From an uncultured Acidobacteriota bacterium (lineage in GTDB: Bacteria > Acidobacteriota > Terriglobia > Terriglobales > Acidobacteriaceae), in contig CAIQPK010000081.1 of the NCBI GenBank assembly GCA_903873705.1, positions 24,989-88,988 on the forward strand: DNA of 64,000 nt, in the 5' to 3' direction. Below the pieces are notes generated by a model. That model made no database searches, was not told where the DNA came from, and saw nothing but the letters and a program-made list of their open reading frames with translations. Positions 49,743-59,042 of this stretch are shown here, piece by piece (the stretch's first letter is position 1; each line of letters begins with the position of its first letter). A program made the position numbers and the translations under genes.

Positions 49743-50960
49743 TCAGAGGCTTCGTCCGGCGGCTGCGGCGGAGGCCCAGGCCCATTGGAAGTTGTAGCCG
49801 CCGAGCCAGCCGGTGACGTCGACGACTTCGCCGATGAAGTAGAGGCCGGGGGTGCGGCGGCTTTCGAGGGTGCGGGCGTCGAGCTCGTCGGTGTTGACGC
49901 CGCCGGTGGTGACTTCGGCCTTGGCGAAGCCTTCGGTGCCGGCGGGGATGAGGGTCCAGTTGTGGAGGGCGGTCTCGAGGCGGGCGAGGCCGGGGTTGGT
50001 GACGTCGAGTGCGCCGGAGTTCATGAGCCAGCGCTTGGCGAAGCGGGCGGGGAGAACGTTGCAGAGGGTTTGGAGGAGGGTGAGGTCGTCGCGGCGGGCG
50101 TTGGGGGTGAGGAGTGGCGCGAAGACGTTGAGGTTGGGCGCGAGGTCGAAGGTGAGGGATTTGCCTTGCTGCCAGAAGGAGGAGATTTGCAGGACAGCGG
50201 GGCCGCTTAGGCCGCGGTGGGTGATGAGGAGTTTTTCGCGGAAGGTGGGGGTGGGGCGGGGGCGGCCGCGCTGCGGGAGGGGAGTGGGTGATGAGGCGAT
50301 GGTCTCGGTAGAGAGGCCGGCGAGGTCGCACCAGCGGTTGACGTCGTCGGGGGTGAAGGTGAGGGGGACGAGGCCAGGGCGGGGGTCGATGAGGGTGTGG
50401 CCGAAGCGGGTGGCGATCTCGTAGCCGATGCCGGTGGCACCCATTTTCGGTATGGAGAGGCCGCCGGTGGCGACGACGACCGATTGCGCGGTGAAGATGC
50501 CGGTGGTGGTTTCGACTTCGAAGCGGGAGGTGGGGGTGGGGTAGGGGGTGACGGCGATGACGGCGGTGTTGGTGCGGATGTCGACGTGGGCTTCGCGGCA
50601 CTCGGTTTCGAGGAGGGTGACGATGCGCTGGGCGGAGTCGTCGCAGAAGAGCTGGCCGAGGGTCTTCTCGTGGAAGCGGATGTTGTGCTTTTGGACGAGG
50701 GCGATGAAGTCCGCGGGCGTGAAGGCGGCGAGGGCTGATTTGGCGAAGTGAGGGTTGGCGGAGAGGAAGTTTTCGGCGCGGGTGTGGATGTTGGTGAAGT
50801 TGCAGCGGCCGCCGCCGGAGATGAGGATCTTGCGGCCGGGGCGCTCGCCGTGCTCGATGAGGAGGACGCGGCGGTTGCGGCGGCCGGCTTCGAAGGCGCA
50901 CATCATGCCGGCGGCGCCGGCGCCGAGGATGATGACGTCGAAGTTATGGGGTGAAGACAT
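49743..50960 (-). CDS. HI0933/YhiN/BaiN-family flavoprotein
   Basis: GAGAAG, KILISGGGRCNFTN, ATGGLSIP, THRGLSGP, GGYNFQWAW. Confidence 0.93.
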   Translation of the reverse strand: MSSPHNFDVIILGAGAAGMMCAFEAGRRNRRVLLIEHGERPGRKILISGGGRCNFTNIHTRAENFLSANPHFAKSALAAFTPADFIALVQKHNIRFHEKTLGQLFCDDSAQRIVTLLETECREAHVDIRTNTAVIAVTPYPTPTSRFEVETTTGIFTAQSVVVATGGLSIPKMGATGIGYEIATRFGHTLIDPRPGLVPLTFTPDDVNRWCDLAGLSTETIASSPTPLPQRGRPRPTPTFREKLLITHRGLSGPAVLQISSFWQQGKSLTFDLAPNLNVFAPLLTPNARRDDLTLLQTLCNVLPARFAKRWLMNSGALDVTNPGLARLETALHNWTLIPAGTEGFAKAEVTTGGVNTDELDARTLESRRTPGLYFIGEVVDVTGWLGGYNFQWAWASAAAAGRSL

Positions 50961-51090
50961 GAGTCTCGATTGTAGGGGTAAGGCGCAAGCTGTTGAGGTG
51001 CGTGGAGATGAGGTGGGAGGGTTGGAAAGAGCTCAGAGCTTAGAGCGCGTGGGCTTAGAAAGACGCATCGCCGTTGGAGGAGTAGTTGCT

Positions 51091-51213
51091 ATGAAGATGA
51101 CAGCAGGATGGGTGGCGGCAGCGGCGGGAGCATGGGCGGTGGGTCAGCTGCGGCGTGCGGCCGGTGAAGTGGCTCAGGCGGCGAGTAAGACGGTTCATAA
51201 TCTGAACCGGTAA
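51091..51213 (+). CDS. putative 40 aa small protein
   Basis: GGAGGAG RBS 8 nt before the ATG; MKMTAGWVAAAAGAWAVGQLRR... Confidence 0.5.
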   Translation: MKMTAGWVAAAAGAWAVGQLRRAAGEVAQAASKTVHNLNR

Positions 51214-51302
51214 GGGTGGGGGTGCCCCCCAGACCTGGTCTGCAAAGTCTCAGATTCTATTGGGTGAGGTCTGGTCTGGGGTCTGGTGTGGGTCTCCTTC
51301 TG

Positions 51303-51345
51303 AAAAAATCAGGCCGTCCGGGTTTCCGGACGGCCTGATTTTTTT
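51303..51345. terminator. bidirectional intrinsic terminator-like hairpin
   Basis: AAAAAATCAGGCCGTCCGG-GTTT-CCGGACGGCCTGATTTTTT. Confidence 0.75.
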
Positions 51346-51354
51346 CTGTCTGTT

Positions 51355-51470
51355 TCTATTTTAGTGGATTGGGGGAGTAAGTACGCCACGATTCTGAAAC
51401 GGAAATGGCCAGTGGTGGTGCGGGTTTTCGAGGTTTTGCAGGGGTGTGGGGGGTTGACAGGATTTGTGAC
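51355..51470. repeat. conserved non-coding element, copy 2
   Basis: Matches blocks of 32430-32545. Confidence 0.65.
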
Positions 51471-51515
51471 AGTTGTGCCGCGAGGAGGGGGGTACTGGTG
51501 CGGGCGGTGGAGATT

Positions 51516-51640
51516 CCCCACTCATCGCGCGAGAAGATGCGCGATGAATGGGCCACCCGGCATTTGGGGCGGGTCGGCGGAATGCGGGGATCTCTCCACT
51601 GCGCATCGCAAAGTGCGCGATGCTCCGGTCGAGATGACAG
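51516..51640 (+). repeat. two REP-like palindromes (CATCGCGC..GCGCGATG; ...GCATCGC..GCGATGC..GAGATGACA)
   Basis: Direct inspection. Confidence 0.7.
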
Positions 51641-51706
51641 TTTTTTGTGGCACGTGTGAGATTGCAGTCGGGGAATGGGTCGCCGTTCGCTAATTAGACT
51701 GTAGGG

Positions 51707-52951
51707 ATGGCGCAGGCTTCTTCTCTTTCTTCTTCTACAGTGCGGATCAGCAGGCGGGCGGCGGATCGGCTGCGGGCGGGGCATCTGTGGGTTTACAAGT
51801 CGGATGTGGAGAGCGCGGTGGAAGGGCTGGAGCCGGGTTCGCTGGTAATGGTAGTGGATGGGCGCGGGGTACTGGGGACGGCAATTTATTCGGATGCGTC
51901 GCAGATTGCGGCGCGGGTGGTTTCGCGCGAGGCGGGAATGACGCGGGAGGGGTACATTGCCGATGTGAAGGCGAAGCTGTGGGCGGCGCTGGAGCGGCGC
52001 AAGGTGCTGGCTCCGGTGACGGAGCGGGACAATGCGCATCGGCTGGTGTTCAGCGAGGCGGATGGGCTGCCGGGGATGGTGGTGGATCGGTACAACGGGC
52101 TGGTGGTGCTGCAGCTACTGACGCAGGGGACAGCGCAGGACGATGTGCGGGGCGCGGTGGTGGAGGTTCTGCGGGAGGCGTTTGCCGGGGCCGAACTGAC
52201 GGTGTGGGAGCGGCCGGATGCGCGGATTCGGGAGCTGGAGAAGCTGGCGGCTCCGGCGGAAGGGCCGCTGTTTGCCAGCGGTGAGCGCAGCGCGAAGACG
52301 GAGTTCATGCTGAATGGGTTGCGGTTTGAGTATGACGCGGGTGCGGGGCAGAAGACGGGAGCGTTTCTGGATCAGCGGATGAACTATGCGGCGGCGGCGC
52401 GGTGGGTTGCGGCGTCGGGGCGTACGGGGCGGGCCATGGATGTGTGTACCTACCAGGGTGGGTTTGCGCTGCACCTGGCGCAGGTTTGCGAACGGGTGAC
52501 GGGGGTGGATGCGAGTCGCGCGGCGCTGGAGGCGGCGGATAGGAACCTGGAGCGCAATCCTGGGCTGCGTGCGGATGTGGACTGGATGGAGGCGGATGCG
52601 TTTGAGTTATTGCGGGCGCTGGATGGGGCGGGGGAGCGGTTCGATGCGATGGTGCTGGACCCGCCGGCGTTTGCGAAGTCGAAACGCGCGGCTGAAGGGG
52701 CGATGCGGGGGTACAAGGAGTTGAACCTGCGCGCGCTGAGGATGCTGAAGAGCGGTGGGACGCTGGTGACGAACTCGTGCTCGCATCATGTGGGGCTGGA
52801 GGAGTTTACGGCGGTGGTGGCGAGCGCGGCGGCGGATGTGGGGAGACGCGTGCAGGTGCTGGAGGTGCGGGGGGCGGCGGTGGATCATCCGGAGGTGCTG
52901 ACGCTGGCGGAGACGCGGTATTTGAAGTGTCTGGTGTTGCGGGTGGAGTAG
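51707..52951 (+). CDS. RlmI-like class I SAM-dependent rRNA methyltransferase
   Basis: PUA-like GHLWVY, SEADGLPG..VDRY, GQKTGAFLDQR, LDPPAFAK, YLK. Confidence 0.9.
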   Translation: MAQASSLSSSTVRISRRAADRLRAGHLWVYKSDVESAVEGLEPGSLVMVVDGRGVLGTAIYSDASQIAARVVSREAGMTREGYIADVKAKLWAALERRKVLAPVTERDNAHRLVFSEADGLPGMVVDRYNGLVVLQLLTQGTAQDDVRGAVVEVLREAFAGAELTVWERPDARIRELEKLAAPAEGPLFASGERSAKTEFMLNGLRFEYDAGAGQKTGAFLDQRMNYAAAARWVAASGRTGRAMDVCTYQGGFALHLAQVCERVTGVDASRAALEAADRNLERNPGLRADVDWMEADAFELLRALDGAGERFDAMVLDPPAFAKSKRAAEGAMRGYKELNLRALRMLKSGGTLVTNSCSHHVGLEEFTAVVASAAADVGRRVQVLEVRGAAVDHPEVLTLAETRYLKCLVLRVE

Positions 52952-52957
52952 GGCCAA

Positions 52958-53312
52958 TAGTGGGTAGAGGGTAGAGGGTAGAGGGTAGAGGGTAGTGGGT
53001 AGTGGGAGTGAATAGTGAATAGTGAATAAGGCAAAGGCAACAACAGAGGCGATTTTGTCGCTTCGGCTTCGCCTACGCTCCGGCCTGCGGCAGCGTGGAA
53101 GGGGCTTGTGGAGGTGGCTTTACCTAGGGCTTCGCCCTAGGCTGTAATGGGGCGCGCCTTTGGCGCTTCGGGGGCAAAGGCAAAGGTAAAGGCAAGAGCA
53201 AGAGCAAGAGCAAGAGCAAAGGCAAAGGCAAAGGCAAGAGCAGAGGTAAAGGCAAGAGCAGAGGTAAAGGCAAGAGCAAGAGCAAAGGCAAAGGCAAAGG
53301 CAAAGGCAAAGG
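52958..53312 (+). repeat. repeat mosaic: (GTAGAGG)n, (GTGAATA)n, CCTAGGGC-TTC-GCCCTAGG hairpin, GCAAAG/GCAAGA hexamers
   Basis: Direct inspection. Confidence 0.85.
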
Positions 53313-53442
53313 TAGAGGTCACGCCAAAGCGACGGTGGTTGGGTGGGGTGGGATGAAGTTTTCGTCATGATGGGGTTGTAGGGTCGGCGAGGGGAGCTGG
53401 AGTGCATCTGATTTCTCCAGGCGCCCGGGGGGCCTTACCTAC

Positions 53443-54321
53443 ATGCAAATCTTTTCAGTGCGGCTGAACATGCCGAGTGGGCGATGGATGATGACGTTTT
53501 TGGCAGCGGGCCTGACGGTCGGCACGGGGACGCTGGTGGCGCAGGAGCGGCCTGACGGTGGGCCGTCCGCGGCGGCGGTGTTGCCGGATGCGCCTTCGGC
53601 GACGATGGCGGCGGCGGATGATGGCGTGCCGATCGAGGATGTGCCGCACAGCGAGGCGACGGTGCGGAGTTCGCCTAAGCATGTGCTGTTGGACCTGGGC
53701 CATATTGCTATTTCACCGGCGTATATACGGACTCGGGATTTGAAATGGCTGCTGCCGCTGGCTGCGGCATCGGGTGCGGCGTTTGCTGAGGACACGCGGA
53801 CGATGCACGAGGTGGTGAGTCAGAACCCGGGGTTCAACGACCTGGCGGGGAACGTATCAGATGGCTTGCGGGATGGGTTTATCGTGGTGCCGGCGGGGTT
53901 GTTCGTGGTGAGCCATGTGACGCACAGCGAGCACTCGAAAGAGGCCGGCATCCTGGGCATGGAAGCGATGCTGGACGCGAACATCTTGGCGGAAGGCGTG
54001 AAGCTGGTAACGTTCCGCGAGCGGCCTTATGTGGACAACGGGCGCGGGAATTTCTTTGTGGGCAAGGCGGGGCCGAATGGGTCGTTTATCTCGGGCCATG
54101 CGATCACGGCGTGGTCTTCAGCGGCGGTGCTGGCAGAGGAGTACCGGTCTCCGTGGGCGCAGGTGGGGATTTATACGCTGGCGACGGGGACGAGCCTGAC
54201 GCGGGTGCTGGGACAGCAGCATTTTCCTTCGGATGTGCTGATTGGGTCGGCTACCGGGTGGTTGATTGGGCACTATGTTTACCGGGCGCATCGGCACTGG
54301 CATGTGGCGCCGCGGGGGTAG
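53443..54321 (+). CDS. PAP2-family phosphatase; start uncertain
   Basis: K.VTFRERP, SFISGH, RVLGQQHFPSDV. Confidence 0.88.
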   Translation: MQIFSVRLNMPSGRWMMTFLAAGLTVGTGTLVAQERPDGGPSAAAVLPDAPSATMAAADDGVPIEDVPHSEATVRSSPKHVLLDLGHIAISPAYIRTRDLKWLLPLAAASGAAFAEDTRTMHEVVSQNPGFNDLAGNVSDGLRDGFIVVPAGLFVVSHVTHSEHSKEAGILGMEAMLDANILAEGVKLVTFRERPYVDNGRGNFFVGKAGPNGSFISGHAITAWSSAAVLAEEYRSPWAQVGIYTLATGTSLTRVLGQQHFPSDVLIGSATGWLIGHYVYRAHRHWHVAPRG

Positions 54322-54363
54322 TGGGCGGGGTTGTTGCTGGGTTTGGATGACGTGGATGTGAGA

Positions 54364-54585
54364 GCAACGGCAACGGCAACGGCGTTCGGTGGTTGATGGG
54401 TCGAGCGGGCTGGTCGGGTGCGGGCGGTGGTGCAGGTCCTTCGACTGCGCTGCGCTTCGCTCAGGATGACGGGGTTTTGCTGGGGTTGGGGAGAGCAACA
54501 GCAACAGCAACAGCAAGAGCCACTGCCACTGCCACTGCCACTGCCACTGCAGAAGCAGATTCCTCCGCTGCGCTGCGGAATGACA
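54364..54585 (+). repeat. GCA-hexamer arrays with two ...GATGAC/GAATGAC palindromic elements
   Basis: 54432-54470 is identical to 61178-61216; 54555-54585 resembles 41170-41200. Confidence 0.85.
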
Positions 54586-54630
54586 ATCCTTAGAGGATAT
54601 GGGCGGGGTTGGGCCGAGGATTGCCGGTCC

Positions 54631-56142
54631 TCAGGGTCTGTCGGCAGGGACTTTCGGGAGTTGGTTCATTTGGTGGATGTAGCGTTTTGAGTTGAATTTT
54701 TTACCGGTGCTGGCGGCGGACATGTAGCGGCGTTTGCCGAAGATGGGGCGGTCGAACCAGGCGCGGTCGAACTTGCCGAGCATGGCCCAGGCTATGCCGG
54801 CGTAGCCGTTGGGGTCGCGGCCGTCGAGGAAGTAGCGGTCGTTGAGGTAGATGGCGACGCGCTGGGCGATGCGGACGTTGGGGGTCCACTCGATGATTTT
54901 TTTGGCCCAGTACATGCGCAGGTAGTTGTGCATCCAGCCGTGGTGGAGCATTTGTAGCTGGGCGGCGTTCCAGAGGTCGTCGTGGGTCTGCGCGTTTTCC
55001 AGTTGGGGGAGTTTGTAGAGGGTTTCGCGCTGGTCGTGGTCGTGCTCGGCGAGGGTGGCGCGGGCCCAGTTGTCGGCGCAGTTGGGGTTGTCGTAGTCGG
55101 GTTGGTAGCGGACGAAGTTGACGGCGAGTTCGCGCCAGGCGATGAGCTCGTTGAAGTAGCTGTCGCGGGCGGGCTTGAGGTGGGGGTCTTTTTCTGCGGC
55201 GGCGTTGACGGCGAGCGCGATGGTGAGGGGGCCGATGTGGCCGAAGTGGAGGTAGGGGGAGAGGGCGCTGGTGCCGTCGCACTCGGGGTGGTTGCGGTCG
55301 CGGTCATAGGTGTGGAGCATGTTGGCGGTGAAGTGGTGGAGGCGCTTGAGGGCGGCTTGATGGCCGCCGTGCCAGGCTTCGACGGGTTTGCAGGTGCGGT
55401 CGAAATCGGTCCAGTTGCGGGTGATGTCGTTGTCGGGGCTTTCGCGGTGGAGGGAGCGGGGGATTTTGAAGGCGTGGGTGGCGTGGGGGTTTTCGTAGGG
55501 GACGAGGAACTCGGGGAGGGCTCGATAGAGGCGGGGGCGGGCTACGCCGGCGGAGAACTGGGCTTTTTCGAGGATTCTGGAGGGGACGATGACGTCGTTG
55601 TCGACGGTCCAAAAGGGGATGGTGAGGGTGTCGGCGAGGTGGCGGCGCCATTGCTCGGTGGCGCGCATGGGGTTCTCGTCGGCGATGACCATGGCGGCGT
55701 GGACTTCGGCGAAGAAGGCAGCATGGTCGCCGGTCCAGGCGGCGGAGTCGGTTTCGGGGGCGCGGCGGAGGATGAAGGTGAGGTTGCGGGCGGCGCAGTC
55801 GGCGGCGATATCGGGCAGGCCCTGCTGGAGGAAGGCGTAGTGGCGGAGGTTGGCGTGGGGGAAGTTGCTGATGGCGGCGAAGTAGACGAGGACGGGGAGG
55901 ACGAGCTCGTTGGCGATGTGGATGGCGAGGTCGAGTGCGTGGTTGTCGCGGGCGCGCTGGGAGCGCTGCATCCAGTAGACGATGCAGCGGGCTTTTGGGT
56001 CGGGGAGGCCGGGGCGGCGGAGGGTGATGCGGGGGTTGTTGGCGAGGTGGCGGAGGAAGGCGGGGGTGGCGGGGTCGGCGAGGAAGCGCTCGGCTATGGC
56101 GGCGTGCTGGGCGTCGATTTGCTGGGTGGTGGGCGTGGTCAT
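54631..56142 (-). CDS. phr: class II CPD photolyase
   Basis: YWMQRSQRARDNHAL, SALSPYLHFG, MHNYLRMYWAKKIIEW, LDGRDPNG. Confidence 0.92.
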   Translation of the reverse strand: MTTPTTQQIDAQHAAIAERFLADPATPAFLRHLANNPRITLRRPGLPDPKARCIVYWMQRSQRARDNHALDLAIHIANELVLPVLVYFAAISNFPHANLRHYAFLQQGLPDIAADCAARNLTFILRRAPETDSAAWTGDHAAFFAEVHAAMVIADENPMRATEQWRRHLADTLTIPFWTVDNDVIVPSRILEKAQFSAGVARPRLYRALPEFLVPYENPHATHAFKIPRSLHRESPDNDITRNWTDFDRTCKPVEAWHGGHQAALKRLHHFTANMLHTYDRDRNHPECDGTSALSPYLHFGHIGPLTIALAVNAAAEKDPHLKPARDSYFNELIAWRELAVNFVRYQPDYDNPNCADNWARATLAEHDHDQRETLYKLPQLENAQTHDDLWNAAQLQMLHHGWMHNYLRMYWAKKIIEWTPNVRIAQRVAIYLNDRYFLDGRDPNGYAGIAWAMLGKFDRAWFDRPIFGKRRYMSAASTGKKFNSKRYIHQMNQLPKVPADRP

Positions 56143-56266
56143 GCTGTTGGGTAGATGCTACGCGGTGGGGTGGGGCTGCGTGGGGATTGTTGCCGGCCCT
56201 GTCTTGAAAATCCGGAGATCCGGCACCCCACGGAGGGGGCGGGGTTTGAGAACATAGGAGGGTGAG

Positions 56267-56848
56267 GTGAGTATGTCGGCGTGTGAGTTGAAGGTGGGAG
56301 TGGTGCCGTTCAGTGGCAAGGATGATGTGGGTGAGGTTCGGCTGCGGCGGGCGGTGGCGGAGGATGCGGCGATGCTGGGGGTGGTGGGGTCGGCTACGTT
56401 TCTGGAGGCGTTTACGTGGGCGCTGCCGGGGGCGGATATTGTGGACTTCTGCACGAAGAACCATACGACCGAGGCTTACGCGAAGTACCTGGGGAAGGCG
56501 GATACGCGGATTGTGCTGGCGGTGACGGGCGAGGATGCGCCGGTGGGGTATGTGATGCTGTGTGCGCCGGAGCTGCCGAGCTTTGATGTGCTGGCGACGG
56601 ATATAGAGTTGAAGAGGATTTATTTATTCTCGCGGTATCGCAAGGGCGGGGTGGCGCAGCGGCTGATGGATGCGGCGGTGGAGGATGCGCGGGCGATGGG
56701 ACGGACGCGGGTGCTGCTGGGGACTCATGCGGGGAATGATCGGGCGATCAATTTTTACCTGTGGAACGGTTTTCTGGAGGTGGGGACGCGGGTGTTTCAT
56801 GTGGGGGCGCAGGAGTGCTGCGACAAGATTTATGGGAAGGTGCTGTGA
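56267..56848 (+). CDS. GNAT N-acetyltransferase (PaiA-like)
   Basis: ELKRIYL..YRKGGVAQRLM, N.RAINFY..NGF. Confidence 0.88.
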   Translation: MSMSACELKVGVVPFSGKDDVGEVRLRRAVAEDAAMLGVVGSATFLEAFTWALPGADIVDFCTKNHTTEAYAKYLGKADTRIVLAVTGEDAPVGYVMLCAPELPSFDVLATDIELKRIYLFSRYRKGGVAQRLMDAAVEDARAMGRTRVLLGTHAGNDRAINFYLWNGFLEVGTRVFHVGAQECCDKIYGKVL

Positions 56849-57132
56849 AGCTGACTTACACGGGGGTGAAGGGCTCGGGGATCAAGGGCGGGAAACGGGC
56901 GGTTACGACGGAGCCGGGGTTCAGGAACGGGCGGGGGCAGGTGGTGGTGGGGTCGACGGGGGCCCGGTCGACAAGCCGGGCGGGGCAGGTGATTTACCGG
57001 ATGCGCTGCTCGTTTTGTGGGCTGGAGTATGGGGCTAACGGGATTGACGTGCATGGACGGTGCTGTCCGGGGTGCCAGGGTGGAGAGACCGGGGAGCCGC
57101 TGCGGGAGACGGAGCAGGCGCGGTTGTTTTAG
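56845..57132 (+). CDS. small zinc-ribbon hypothetical protein
   Basis: GTGA overlap with the GNAT stop; CSFC...CPGC. Confidence 0.7.
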   Translation: MKLTYTGVKGSGIKGGKRAVTTEPGFRNGRGQVVVGSTGARSTSRAGQVIYRMRCSFCGLEYGANGIDVHGRCCPGCQGGETGEPLRETEQARLF

Positions 57133-57329
57133 TGGTGGTGCGAGGGAAGGCGTTTCACGCAAAGGGCGCGAAGGGGAGAAGCACGCGAAGCGGGCTAAGG
57201 TTTTAGAGGTGGGGCTGTAAACAGTGGAGGTTGGGTTGGTGGCGCCACGGTTGTGGCGAGGGAACCGGGGGCGGTGGTTGCGCGTACATGCGGTTGGAGC
57301 CGTCTGCGCGTAAACTGAACGTAGTCATT

Positions 57330-58556
57330 ATGGAAACGAAAGAAGCATTCCGGATTGCCCTGCAGTCGTTGTGGGCGAACAAGTTGCGGACCGTTCTTAC
57401 GCTGCTGGGCGTGGTGATCGGCGTGGCTTCGGTGATCGCCGTGGTGACGCTGATCAATGGCGCGAATGTGTACGTTGCGACGAAGGTGAACCGGGTGGGG
57501 GCGGATGTTTTCACGATCTCGAAGTCGCCTGGGATCGTGACGAACTATGAAGATTATGTGAAGTACGGCAAGCGCAAGATTATTACGCTGGACGAGTTCC
57601 GCCAGCTGCAGCAGAACTGCGATCGCTGCACGGCGATCGGGGCGATGCAGACGGCACGCGGGAAGATTGTGGTGGGTACGCAGTCAAGTACGGACTCGAC
57701 GATACGCGGGTATACGTGGCAAATGCCGGACATGCAGAACCTGAATATCGTGGAAGGCCGCGGGCTAACGCAGGCGGATGAAGACCACGGGTCGCATGTG
57801 GCGCTGATCGGATCGGACATACAGGACAACCTGATGAAGGGCGAAGACCCGATTGGGAAGGAGATTCGCGTGGACGGTGTTCCGTACACGGTGATCGGGC
57901 TGGGCGAGAAGCAGGGCAAGACGCTGGGGCAGAGCCAGGATGACTGGGTGGCGGTGCCGTTGACGGCGTATCAGAAGACTTATGGCACGGCAAAGACGGT
58001 GCTGATTTATGCGAAGGCGGGGACGGGAGCGGCGAACCTGGAAGCGGCAAGCGACCAGGCGCGGCTGCTGATGCGGAGCCAGCGGCACGACCGTCCGGGC
58101 GAAGAGGACAGCTTTACGGTGGAGACAAGCGACTCGCTGGCCGGGCTTTGGAAACAGATTTCGGGGAGCTTTGAGCTGGTGGCGGTGGCGATTGCGGGCA
58201 TCTCGCTGGTGGTGGGCGGGATCGTGATCATGAATATCATGCTGGTGAGCGTGACGGAACGGACGCGCGAGATTGGGGTACGTAAGGCGCTGGGAGCGAC
58301 GCGGCAGGATGTGCTGATGCAGTTTTTGATGGAGTCGGCGACGATGGCCCTGGTGGGCGGCGTGATTGGGGTGATCGGCGGGGTGAGCGTGGCGCAGGGC
58401 GTTACGTACGCGCTCGGGTTTCCGTCGAGTTTAGCTGTGTGGAGTATTTTCGCTGGCCTGTTTGTGGCGACGAGTACGGGGATTTTCTTCGGCGTGTATC
58501 CGGCCAGGAAAGCTGCGGAGCTGGATCCGATTACGGCGTTGAGAGCGGAGTTCTAA
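57330..58556 (+). CDS. MacB/FtsX-family ABC permease
   Basis: NKLRTVLTLLGVVIG, IMNIMLVSVTERTREIGVRKALGA. Confidence 0.93.
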   Translation: METKEAFRIALQSLWANKLRTVLTLLGVVIGVASVIAVVTLINGANVYVATKVNRVGADVFTISKSPGIVTNYEDYVKYGKRKIITLDEFRQLQQNCDRCTAIGAMQTARGKIVVGTQSSTDSTIRGYTWQMPDMQNLNIVEGRGLTQADEDHGSHVALIGSDIQDNLMKGEDPIGKEIRVDGVPYTVIGLGEKQGKTLGQSQDDWVAVPLTAYQKTYGTAKTVLIYAKAGTGAANLEAASDQARLLMRSQRHDRPGEEDSFTVETSDSLAGLWKQISGSFELVAVAIAGISLVVGGIVIMNIMLVSVTERTREIGVRKALGATRQDVLMQFLMESATMALVGGVIGVIGGVSVAQGVTYALGFPSSLAVWSIFAGLFVATSTGIFFGVYPARKAAELDPITALRAEF

Positions 58557-58560
58557 CAAA

Positions 58561-59036
58561 AGTGGGTAGAGTGTAGAGCGTAGAGAGTGCCTAGAGGTGA
58601 AGAGTTGGAGAGTCAGTCGTCATTCCGAGATTCGATCGCGTGGCAGAAATCGATGGATCTCTCCACGGCGATTTACAAGGCAACGCGAAGCTTTCCGAAG
58701 GAAGAGATGTTCGGGCTCACGAACCAATTGCGACGCGCGTCGGTATCTATACCCAGCAACATCGCAGAAGGAAAAGGCAGACTAACAGCGGGAGAGTTCA
58801 TTCAGTTTCTCGGCATCGCACGTGGTTCGGCACAAGAAATACAGACGCAAATCGATTTGGCGATGCGACTGGCCTTCGGAATCGAAGCAGAAATGGAACA
58901 GGCGCGTGATTTGTCAGTCGAGGTCTTGAAGATTCTCAACGCATCGCTCAACACTCTGCAGCTACGTATTGCTGCAAAACGAAAACGAGCCTAAATATCA
59001 GGCTCACTACACACTACGCACTACGGTCTACCAACT
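58561..59036. mobile_element. putative insertion: four-helix-bundle gene bounded by inverted GTAG heptamer arms
   Basis: Left arm 58561-58588 and reverse complement of the right arm (59009-59036) match 22/28 by manual alignment; lower GC; splits two permease paralogs. Confidence 0.55.
58587..58994 (+). CDS. four-helix-bundle protein (23S rRNA IVP / S23 family)
   Basis: AWQKSM, FPKEEMFGLTNQLRRASVSIPSNIAEG.GR, FLGIARGS..E. Confidence 0.93.
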   Translation: MPRGEELESQSSFRDSIAWQKSMDLSTAIYKATRSFPKEEMFGLTNQLRRASVSIPSNIAEGKGRLTAGEFIQFLGIARGSAQEIQTQIDLAMRLAFGIEAEMEQARDLSVEVLKILNASLNTLQLRIAAKRKRA

Positions 59037-59042
59037 AATACT

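Noticed and set aside
57157..57200. CGCAAAG/CGCGAAG short repeats (similar tract at 40951-40989)
   Set aside because: Real but short and degenerate, with no associated gene in the window; not enough to call an element
58587..58994. Diversity-generating retroelement or rRNA IVS
   Set aside because: No reverse transcriptase, TR/VR pair or rRNA in the window
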